Shown one piece after another: positions 50,160 through 60,531 of a stretch of DNA of 60,531 bases. The notes below the pieces were generated by a model. That model saw only the letters and a list, made by a program, of their open reading frames with translations, made no database searches and was not told where the DNA came from. This DNA comes from Chiloscyllium plagiosum (lineage: Eukaryota), in the NCBI RefSeq assembly GCF_004010195.1, contig NC_057719.1:61403551-61464081 (forward strand), in the 5' to 3' direction. The number at the start of each line of letters is the position of its first letter. The first letter of the stretch is position 1. The position numbers and the translations under genes were made by a program.

Positions 50160-52811
50160 CTGATACAGTAAAGAAAATATCAATTAGCTTTGCATACTGT
50201 GATTTGTTTTTAAGGTTGCTATTGACAAATCATCACTTATTGGTAAAGGTACTGGCTAGAAACACTAATGCCTTTAAAAAAGTCCAATTAAAAATCAAGT
50301 TTGAGACACAGTTCAGTGTACCTGCTGTGTAAACGAACAAAAACAGTGTGTTATTTCAATAATTTTTTAAATTACTGTACTGCATTAATTAACAACAATT
50401 AACAAACATCTAAAAACAAAAGAAGCCAAATTGAAACTATCAATTAGATGATAAATCCCCACAAATTAAACTGTCCACCCACAGCATAAAATAATCTTTG
50501 GCAATTTTGGGAGCAATAGTCGGCACACTGGGTGTGGGAAGGCGTATGGCATCCAAATACAATGAAATCATTGTACACAAATAGTATCAGACTAATCTAT
50601 TCAAGAAAATGTTGGATGAAAAATTCTGACAAACCAGTTCCTTATACCATGGGAATACTAATAATATAAAGCCTCACAGAGGAATTCAGATTTAGCTATT
50701 GTTTTCTGCTGTGACAAATTTACCAGCAACAGCAGACTCAATACCCTGAGAGGGGTGTTTAAAAAAAGAATTTATTGCCACTTTTTGTTCAGGAACAGTT
50801 TGCAATCATAAATTCTTCATAAGCGGAATACTTCTGAGAATGGTCTGTCTTCATAAATATACGACAGAGGACATCAATTTCATTTAATTCACAATTTGTG
50901 GCAGCACAGCAGATGCCAATGCCTTTTTTGATAGGGTTGTTTAATATGCAATTGAGATGGAGTAATATGCAGCACAGGGGACAAAATTTCCTGGATTAAA
51001 CTCTATGCATCACTGATATTTTATTCTATCATTTTCTGTATCAGATTGTTCACTTCAGATGAAACCAACATCAAATTCTTTTCCAGTTTTTTTAAAAAAA
51101 CTATTTTTACAATTAACTTTTGAGTTTCTTGTGCATATATCAATTCAAACTAAATGATGGCAATGTTAAATACTTTTTCATTTGTTTTTATAGTTTAATG
51201 TATAACTTTCGCTATGACAGATCCAAACTGCTGAATGTTCACAGCTACCCAGACTCCCTGTGTAAATTAAACCTTATATTGTAATAAATGAAAGGGAATT
51301 AAATTCAGTTCCTTCATAAGAGCCAGAAATGGCACAAGTAGTAAAAGCATCCAGTTCTCATTTTCATTTTATTTCCATTATTTTTATTGAAAAGCAATGT
51401 CATCATTTGGTGTAAATTTATTTACTTAATTAAACCGTTTGTGTAATGTTATGATAGATTGGGTAAATTATAAGAGAGTCAATGAACAAAAAGGAGTCAG
51501 ACTGCAGTGTTTTTCCTTGTACACAGCAGTGATGTAACGGCATGATCATTACTATTTCCTCTGCTCCTTCCATTTCTTGTTTGCTTCCCTGCTGCCACAC
51601 TTTTTAGTTTAGAGGCTCAGTTTAGAGGCCAAGTTAGCATGGAGTGCAGATTTGTTTGTAGCTTCCATTAGCATTAAACCTACAAGAGGTGGTGCACATG
51701 CAGAGCAAAGATGGCCATGTTAGTTTCTTTGTGTTATGATTCAATGTTCTGCTTCCACACCACAATCCATTCAGAGTTCTGACCAAAGACTGGAAAACTC
51801 ACCCAAGTGTCATAGCTAATCATCCATGCTGAGATGCAAGCTTATTGCTCTGAATTTGAAAATAATGTTTTAATATTCAGGACTAGAAGTATAAGTATGA
51901 GAGGAACACAAATTGAGGTTTGGATTTATTTTCTCATGAATCCGTAAAGGCATCCATAAATATGCCCTTTATATGTTTTAGTCTGTCTAAACTTTCTCTG
52001 ATTTTGTAGGCCAGTTTATGATTCAAGAGTCAGAAATTTCTTGAGAAACAAGACAAAACCATAGAATGAATTTCCCTAGCTCTATGACCACTGGCTGGGA
52101 GGCAAGACAACTGATAATATGATGGAAAAGGTGATGGGAAGGGAGACTGATGTCATGAGCACCATATCCTGACACACTGACATTTTGTCAAGTCAGATAA
52201 CTTCACCACTCTGTGGAGAGACTGCCAGGCAAACTCTGGTGGCTAGTTTTGGGGAGGCCCTCCTTTCTAATGGTTCCCTGAAGGGGTCATTTCAGCAATG
52301 GTCATTTCCTTTGCTAAGGCATTTCTACTGTTGCACTGCGGTTAGCAATGATTAATTTTTAAAGAAAGAACTTGAATGTAGCAACTAACCAACAGAAGTA
52401 ATGACAAGATTTCACATTCTTTGCACAAACACAAGTTTTATTATAAATATTTAAAAAAACAAACATTGACTTAACACTAATTTAAGCTATGAATTCAATT
52501 CTACCTTTTATTTTCCTCAAGGGTTCCCTGATCTTAAGCAATCTTGAAGGCTAATTCACCTTTCTGATGGTCAACTCAAAATGTATGATGTAGCCCTCCA
52601 GAATTTACTTTAATTTTGCACAGTATTGTGGCTCGTCCTTGAGGTATAAATTACATGGGAATACCTTTACTATCTTTTGGCTAATTAATACTTCAGTTTT
52701 CTTTATATAGACTGTGTGATTGTGAACTCTTCAGCTCCTAATTTTGGCTTTGGACACACGTGGACTGTTTTTTCCCTGGCTTCTGTGCACCCCTTTCCAA
52801 GCTATCTTTTT

Positions 52812-53005
52812 TAGTCATTCATTCATGGGATGTGGGCATTGCTATCTGGGCTTCTATTTATTGCACATTCCAAGAAACTCAAACTGACTGGCCTGCTAGG
52901 CCATTTTAGAGGGGAGTTAAGACTCATTGACATTTCTATTGGTGTGGAATCACACATAGGCTGGATGGGGTACGCTTAGCAGATTTCTTTCCCTAAAACA
53001 CATTG
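52812..53005 (-). mobile_element. Short non-autonomous element with family-B LINE tail
   Basis: cattcattcatgggatgtgggcattgc..tttattgc; homologous to 23410-23580. Confidence 0.6.
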
Positions 53006-53028
53006 CAGAGGATTTTCACGCTTGTGCC

Positions 53029-53421
53029 TGTAGTGCTTATAAAGAGGTCAGCCAGATGGACCTCACAGAATAAGATTTCCCTGATTAGGGCTGTTAGCCT
53101 GGTCCAATCAGAGAGTCTTGGCTGACAGATACAAACATGAGTGTCCTTTCTTCGTGGTGGTGGAAATTGAATAAAGATTCGTACACCTTGTGTCTCTCAC
53201 TGTGTCTCACACCTGCACACACACACTATGGGTGTTGGGGAAAAAATAAGCACTACCGCAGTGAAGCGGTAGTGTGGGGGTTAAGAAAAAAAAACAAACA
53301 GGAGTGTCAGAGGTTCTGGTCACTCTTGAGAGCTGGCTCTGAGGAAGCCAGACCAGTAGTATGCATGTGTAAATAAAGGATGACTTGGTGATGGGATACT
53401 GGTCTGTGTGGAGTTATTTCA
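53029..53421 (+). mobile_element. Solo LTR (same family as 7085) containing a nested insertion
   Basis: TG...CA termini, AATAAA near the 3' end, flanks gtgcc/gtgtc. Confidence 0.65.
53146..53293 (+). mobile_element. 148-bp poly(A)-tailed retro-insertion with 15-bp TSD
   Basis: acaaacatgagtgtc (53131-53145) and acaaacaggagtgtc (53294-53308); A-tail; internal perfect hairpin. Confidence 0.75.
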
Positions 53422-54515
53422 GTGTCCAGTGAAGACCTGGCAAGTGCAGAAAATGCTGGGAAGGAAAAAAATGTAAATAACTTTATATCTAAGCCAGTAC
53501 TGCACCTACTCTAGGGTGTTTAATGGGACACTGTAGATGAAAGATTATTCTGTATCTAACAATCTCCTTCTATCCTTTCCTTTGACTCTTGAATATGGAC
53601 CTTTACTCAGTATTTAACCATATGCAGCTACCAAATATGCAGTATCATATTCAAAGAGGAAGGGGCACGGAATTTAAAAACCTCATAAATGGAGTCATCA
53701 GAAAAGAAACTAAAAAATGGATGTGTTAAAAGAATGGTTGCATTTGGAGGACAGGTAATTCACAAGTTCAGTGATATATCATTGAATATGTTTTTCATAT
53801 GGCAAGAGCATGATGAAGGGTGCTACTTCTTGCCAATCAATGAGAGGACATTATCAAGAAGGCAAGACTCACAGTTACAAAGGAAGTCAAAAGACACAGG
53901 ATCATTGCAGGAGCACATTTACATTGCTGGAAATGATTCAAGGAAATCTGGTACATTGTTGAATGTTGTAATATGAAGCCGTGGATATCAGAAAAATCAC
54001 AAATGAAATGTGAGAAAATGTTGTCAATCCTCGTCATTTGTTATGAGCAGGTACCAGAGTCAATGAAGAGGCACCCAGTGCATGACAGCAGAGGCCCCAA
54101 CTACTATCATTGATCACTGCATTTCCAAAAGTGACTAAATGGTTCTAACAGCAGGCGCCTAAATGGCATGATGCTGGACTTAAAACTGGCACAGAATGGC
54201 AAGTGTAGCTGAGAGTATTGACACTGTATATGTCTGTCTTTGCAAGTCAAGGGACAATACCAGCAAGTAGAGAAAAAATAGGTGTATATTTACATTAATG
54301 GCTGATTACTGAGGTGGTAATGGAGCAAGAAGAATTTCAGTAGCATATTAAATCCCTCAGACGCCAGATGGTAAAGAAAATGCCAATATTTTACTCAATA
54401 GAAGACTTTATATATATGCAACATTGCATTCTGTAAATCTTTCTTCCTTACCAGTATCTCAGAATTATTTTTTATATCTGCTCAATATACTTAATCAATG
54501 CCAACATCTGTGTAA

Positions 54516-55990
54516 CATAAGAACATATGAACATAAGAAATAAAGAAATAGGGTTAGGCCATTCAGCTGGTCAAGCCTGTCCAATTCAACAAAATCAGAA
54601 CTGATCTGCCCCAGACCTCAACTCCTCTTTCACAGAAACACAGAATTAGAATTTAGGAACAGGAGTAGATCATTTGGCCCTTGAAGACTGCTCTCCCATT
54701 TGACATGACCATCACTAATCCTTTACCTCGATATCATATTCTTGCTTTCTCCCGATACCTCTTGATACCTTTAAAAAATACCCTATTCAGTGGCTTGGTC
54801 TCCACAGGTTTCTGTGGTAGCAAGTTCCAGAGGTTCACTACCCTCTGCGTGAAGAAATATTCCTTCATCTCAATCCTAAATGGCCTACCCCGTATCCTTG
54901 TACTATGACCCCTCATTCCAGACTCTCAGCCAGGGAAAACATCCTTTCTTCATCTAGTCTGTCCAGTCTGCAAGAATTTTATGTAAATTAATGAGTTCAT
55001 CTCTTATCCTTCTAAACTCTTGTAATGACATGCCCAGTCAAACCAATTTCTTCTCATTTTTCAGCCCTGACATCTCCAGTACCAGAGTCGAGTGTGGTGC
55101 TGGGAAAGCACAGGTCAGGCAACATGCGAGGAGCAGGGGCATAAGCCCTTCATCAGGAATCCAGTACCAGTGCACTTCCTCTATGGGATACATAGAGAGA
55201 CCAAAACTCCATGTGTCATCTCACCAAGGTCCTGTTTAACTACAGTGAAAAAGCCTATTTCTGAACTCAAATCCTATTGCAATGAAAGCCATAATGCCAT
55301 TTCCCTTCCAAATTGGTTGTCTGGCTACTTTCACTGAATGGTGTACAAATATATCCAGATCCTTTTGTACACACACATTTCCTAACGTATCACTATTTAA
55401 ATAATATACTGTCTTTCTGTTTTTCACACCAAAGAGTACAACTTCATTTTAGCATGTCATATTTCATCTGCCATGTATTTTCCCACTCAATAAATCTGTG
55501 TGAATCACTTTGAAGTCTCCTTGTATCCTCCTCACAACTCAAAATCCAACTCAGTTTTATGGCTTCAGCAAATTTAGAAATGTTGTACTTGGGTCCTTCA
55601 ATCAAGTCTTTCATTCAAGTCATTTATATATTGTCATGAATAGCCAGTGCCCAAACATTGATACTTGCAGTGACCCACTCATCACTGCCTGCCACCTGAG
55701 AAAAGACCCATTTATTCCCACTCTCCATTTCCTGTCTGTCTACCAATTCTCAATCCATGCCAATATATTACTCTGTATCCCATTTGGCAGCTCCTCATAG
55801 CCCTCAATTCCTCTTGAAATACTTTAAGTGATCTAGCCTCCACAAACTACTGGGATAGTAAATTCTAGACACTTACTATTTTATTAGAAAATAAATTAAT
55901 TTGCTTCTTAGTTCCACACGAGTGCTCTCTTATTTTCCCTGGAGTAATTATACTCTGGAGTGGAAAGATCTTGTCAACATCTACTCTGTC
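54516..55990 (-). mobile_element. Nested CR1 3' fragments (54640-55790 inserted in an older 3' end)
   Basis: RGHSTRIRGRPFRIEMKEYFFTQRVVNLWNLLP; (CATAAGAA)n-like tail at 54516. Confidence 0.8.
55086..55159 (-). mobile_element. 74-bp PLE-derived mini-insertion with partial hammerhead and 11-bp TSD
   Basis: tccagtaccag at 55075-55085 and 55160-55170. Minus CTGATGA-A-GGGC-TTAT-GCCC, with the GAAA half deleted. Confidence 0.75.
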
Positions 55991-56004
55991 CACAATTACT
56001 TACA

Positions 56005-56925
56005 ATGTTTATTAATAATTTGAATGAGGAAGGTGAATGTATAATGGCCATGTTTGCAGATGACACAAAAATAGAAGGGAAAGCAAGTGGTAAGGATGAC
56101 ACAAAGCGTCTGCAGAAGGATAATAGATATGTTACATGAGTGAAAAACTTGGCAGATGGAATAAGGTATGGGTAAGTGTGAAATTATGCACTATGGCAGG
56201 AAGGAAAGAAGAACTGATTATTATTCAAATGGAGAAAGACTGCAAAAAGCTACAGTACTGAGGGATTTAGAAGTCCTCGTGTAAAGCTAGCATTCAAATT
56301 CCAAGGTAGGAGAGAAGGCAAATAGATTGCTTGCCTTTATTTCAAACGGATTGCAGGATAAAAATAAGGAAGTTTTGCTAAATTATACAGGAGACAATTT
56401 AGATCAAACCCAGAATACTGTTAACAATTTTGGTACCCTTCTCTGAAAACAGATATGATGACATTGGAGGCAGTTCACTAAGTTGCTCCTCAAAATGGTC
56501 GAGACTATCTTATGAGGAGGTGTTCAGTAGTTTGAGCCTGTACTCATTGGAGTTTAGAAGACCGAGAGGCAATTTTATTGAAACATATAACATTGTTAGG
56601 TGACTTCATAGGGGTGCATAACGATTGTTTCCCCTTGTGGGAGAGTCTAGGATAAAAGGGCATTACCACAAAATAAGGAGTCACTCATTTAAGTCAGAGA
56701 TGAAGATGGATTTCTTCTTTCAGAGGGTTGTGAATCTATGGAATTGTTTACTGCAGAGGACTGTAGGGATTGGATCGTTAAGTATATTCAAGATTGAGAC
56801 AGATTTTTAATTAGTAAGGGAATCAAGGTTTATGGGGAAAAGATATGAAAATATCAGATTAACCATGATCTCATTGAATGCCAAATAAACTTGACTGGGT
56901 TGAATGGGCTTCTGCTCCTTTGGCT
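56005..56925 (+). mobile_element. CR1 3' fragment
   Basis: tttgcagatgacacaaaa (FADDTK), FFFQRVVNLWNCL. Confidence 0.8.
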
Positions 56926-56929
56926 CAAA

Positions 56930-57370
56930 ATCTTGCGAGTATGGCAAACAGTGGTAGCAGCATATAATCGACAGGGCTAAGTAATCCCACAACCACCAGG
57001 TCATATCCAAACTCTACCCCTGCTACCTCCAATCATGAACTGTTATGAATAATTAAACATCTAACAAGAGGAGGTTCAACAAACGTCCCCATCCTTAATG
57101 ATGAAGTAGCTGAGCACATCATCAAGGCTGAAGCATTTGTAATAATATTCAGCCAATGGTGCCGACTGGATGATTCATCTCAGCCTCTCGCTGAGTTCCT
57201 CAGCTTCACAAAAGCCAGTCTTCAGCAAATTCAATTCACTTCAGATGATAGCCGGAAACAACAGAAGGCACAAGATACTGCAAAGGCTATGGCCTCTGAC
57301 AATATTCCAGTGACAGTAATAAAAACTTGTGTTCCAGAATTAGTTGTGTCTGTACCAAGCTATTCTAATA
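56930..57370 (+). mobile_element. Family-B LINE internal fragment
   Basis: aaggctgaagcatttgta, caaaggctatggcctctgacaatattcc and acttgtgttccagaa are the reverse complement of the 1620-1830 region. Confidence 0.65.
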
Positions 57371-59004
57371 CAGTGTAGCATCTGCATTTTTTGCTTTCAC
57401 TGGAGAGATTCTCTCTAGGCAGTGACAAGATGGCAATTTACAGATATTAACAATTGTTAAATGCCTTGATAAAGAAACACCTGCCTCACAAGCATTCAGA
57501 CTTTCCTCTTACCAAACTCACCAAACAAGCCTAATGTCAGAAAAACTTGACAAGGAAACCAGAATGGACAACTGGTGGATTCAGCTCACTATTTGCTCTA
57601 AACAACTTCCATGTTGCAAATGACTAAACCATGTCCCAGGGCATCAATGGGCACCAGTCACATGTACTCATCCTGCACAGACATTGGCATCCAGCACCTA
57701 AGAACCTCTCATGACCATGCTGGTACTCCTTTGATGTGCTAACAGTGTGCCCTGGAAGCACTGGCTTGCATTGCAGAGTGGACCAGCAACTAGAAGTGAA
57801 AGGTTGTAGTGCAGAGTTTTCACACAGGCACAGGTACCCAGCTTGCTGATTGGACTTGGCTGTATTTTCATGCTGTTCACTTGTTCTCTTAGCTCTTGCT
57901 CATTTGTCACCTGAGTACATTCTTATAGCATCCCCAACTTGCCTTGCTGTGCCAACTGGAGCAGCCACAAAAACAGACAACTGGCCTTGCTGCTGAGTAA
58001 TCCTCAGCATGGAGGGCACAATTTTTGTAGAAGGGCAGTGTGCTATGTCAATCTCACAACTGCTCCATATGCCAATAGCTCATGTAGCAAACACACTGAA
58101 GCAAACAGGCAGCTGTGTATCCAACTCATAGGAAGTAGTCCTCAATGAACTCCCATCTTGGGATCCAGGCACAATCAAGTCCAGCTTTCCATATCAGTTA
58201 AGAGCATTGATTATGCCCAGGCTTTCAGTGGTCAGGGATCCATGCCTCCGCTGTTCAGGGTATTGTCAGTCTGTTGGCTCTGCAGCAAACAGACAGGGCT
58301 GTAGGGCAATTACTACCATGGGACTGAGCCTAGGCAGGTTACTCTCTGGCACTGGGGCCTTCAGAGTTTGGGGAAGGGCACTGTATCATTTTGAAGTGGA
58401 CACAGCATGATTTGCAAGTTCAGGATACAGTAAAGCATGGCTGGGAAGGGTGTAATGTCAGAGGTGGGGTCATCCACAGTCAGCAGCATCCTGGCTTCAA
58501 GGGAGAAGGGTAAGTGCATGACCACACATGGCACAATCACATCATTTGCCAGCATCTTGCTGGGAAGGGTATACAGGTGTAGGTGTACGTAGAAGGGTTG
58601 GGTGGGGTCTTAAAGAAGTGGGAAGCCTGTGCAGTGTACGCGACGGGCTTTTATGAAGGGAATGTGAATATCTAGAGGTCACTGACACATTTTAGATGGT
58701 CTGGAAATCACTGGCTGAAGATACTCATTGTCAACTTCCAATATGATGGAAACTTTAAGTGTGCAATGGGGAAGAAAATGGTTGTGCACATACTTAGAGT
58801 AGGAGGGGAAAGAGACTTGACCTGTAAAGGAATGAGCTTCAGAAATCATTGTTCTTTGGGGTTTTAAAGTAAAACAATATTGGTCACGAGCTCATGCAAA
58901 GTTCAGCACACAGGCAAGCATGCTTCCATGGCTATCCTATAGCACTGACCTTGTGTGTGTTTTGTGCCTTACAGGCACAGCCACTGCTGGTCAGCTGATG
59001 GACA

Positions 59005-59600
59005 GTTACAACTTGGTGACCACTTCACAGAACATCTATGTTCTATCTGCAAAAAAAACCCCTGAGCTTCCAGTTGTCTATCACTTTAACACACCACCCT
59101 GTTCCCGAGCTAACATCTCCATTTCAGGTTTGCTGCAGTGCTCCAGTGAAGCTCAGCGCAGGCTGGAAGAACAACATCTCATTTTCCACTTGGGGACCCT
59201 GCAGCACTCCAGACTGAGTATTGAGTTCAATAATTTTAAGGCCTGAACTGTCCCATGTCCTAGCCTCTGACCACACACACCAGGCCTTGTTATCACATAG
59301 TCTGCCACTACACACTATTGTTAGCCACTGACAGCCTCCATTAACAGCTATTTACATTCCCAGCCAGATCGTTATCGACTCCCTTATCTGTCCAACTATT
59401 CCTCTCTCTCTTTGGGCTCTATCCCTACCTATCATTTACTCCTTACCCCTACCCCACTCGATCTTCTGCATATAAACTGATATTTTCTGAGCTACCCTCA
59501 GTTCTGAGAAGTGTCACGGGATCTGTAACATTAACTCTGATTTCTCTTCACAGATGCTGTGAGACCTGCTGAGCTTTTCCAGCAACTTCTGTTTTTGTTT
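59005..59600 (+). mobile_element. Penelope-like element 3' part: GIY-YIG C-terminus plus 3' UTR/pLTR with decayed hammerhead (about 59500-59535)
   Basis: LPVVYHFN...RRLEEQHLIFHLGTLQHSRLSIEF*, followed by the cagatgctgtgagacctgctgagcttttccagc end shared with the mini-units. Confidence 0.8.
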
Positions 59601-59914
59601 GTGTCAGCTACAATGTTGTGCACATAAGGAGCCAAACATTAGGGATATTGAACGAGGAGGGGCAAATGACAGCATTATTCCCTCTTCTTCCAGATAATGC
59701 AGTAAGCTGTCTTAGCACAGATATTCATTGAGCCCACTTTGTGGCCATGACATGCTGCCAGATGTTGTGAAAATGCTTGTAGTGCCTGGACAGAGAGATT
59801 CATAACCAGATCTAAGTTAATGTCAGGAATATCTATGCACAGACTGAGAGTGATGTAAAAGATATTCTCACCCAAGGCACCAAACTGCTCTCAATTTTTT
59901 TTTCTTTCTCTTTC

Positions 59915-60105
59915 TCTATAAAAATTGGCAAGTCATACTGTAGCTGTACAGAACTTTAGTAAGAATATTACGAACAGTTCTGGTTGCCACACTACAAGAA
60001 CATGGAGGTTTTGGAGAAGGTACGGAAAAGGTTTACCAGGAGTTGCCGGGTTTGCAAGGTATTAGCTATGAGGGGAGCTTCGAAATCTTAGTTAGTCTTC
60101 ACATA
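59915..60105 (+). mobile_element. CR1 fragment
   Basis: cagttctggttgccacactac..ttggagaaggtacggaaaaggtttaccagg (QFW.PHY..LEKVRKRFTR). Confidence 0.6.
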
Positions 60106-60111
60106 AACATT

Positions 60112-60531
60112 GCTAAAAATGTGTTGCTGGAAAAGCGCAGCAGGTCAAGCAGCATCCAAGGAGCAGGAGACTCAACGTTTCGGGCATGACCCCTTCTTCA
60201 GGAATGAGGAAAGTGTGTCCAGCAGGCTAAGATAAAAGGTAGGGAGGAGGGACTTGGGGGAGGGGCGTTGGAAATGTGATAGGTGGAAGGAGGTCAAGGT
60301 GAGGGTGATAGGTCAGACTGGGGTGGGGGCGGAGAGGTCGGGAAGAAGATTGCAGGTTAGGAAGGCGGTGCTGAATTCGATGGATTTGACTGAGACAAGG
60401 TGGGGGGAGGGGAAATGAGGAAACTGGAGAAATCAGATTTCTCCAGTTTCCTCATTTCCCCTCCCCCCACCATGTCTCAGCACCGCCTTCCTTACCTGCA
60501 ATCTTCTTCCTGACCTCTCCGCCCCCACCCC
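60112..60531. mobile_element. Young PLE pLTR (minus) with hammerhead at 60170-60205 and a fold-back inverted copy centred at 60435
   Basis: Minus ATTC-CTGAAGA-A-GGGG-TCAT-GCCC-GAAA-CG-TT-GAGT. Arms 60390-60434 and 60436-60480 have one mismatch, and pairing continues to the window end. Confidence 0.8.

Noticed and set aside
53480..53630. Degenerate satellite-like units (..tactc.gtatctaac..)
   Set aside because: Two or three very diverged units; too weak to call.
50160..60531. Preceding AKAP6 exon (human RYSVEMSIRH...KWELLG)
   Set aside because: Manual scan found no matching frame with splice sites. It is probably outside the window, although a miss by eye is possible.

Overview
Eukaryotic vertebrate genomic DNA, almost certainly from a shark. 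HE1-type tRNA-derived SINEs, HER1/CR1-type LINEs and Deu-domain SINEs point to an elasmobranch; the young SINE variant looks like bamboo/epaulette shark, which is an inference. The window lies inside the AKAP6 (mAKAP) gene on the minus strand. Two phase-0 coding exons are recognisable (49935-50159, 225 nt; 13039-13254, 216 nt), separated by a 36.7 kb intron, and I found no other exon. The rest is intronic: decayed and nested CR1 and CR1/L2-type LINEs, at least six HE1 SINEs (three very young), Penelope-like element (PLE) pieces, solo LTRs, and TE-poor tracts that may hold conserved enhancers. The most notable non-obvious signal is about ten hammerhead-ribozyme motifs carried by PLE-derived units. 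Some are tiny insertions with their own target-site duplications, and most are sense to the AKAP6 pre-mRNA. Also notable are inverted, near-identical SINEs and a direct repeat bracketing the 216-nt exon. Repeat boundaries are by eye and approximate; no database search was run.
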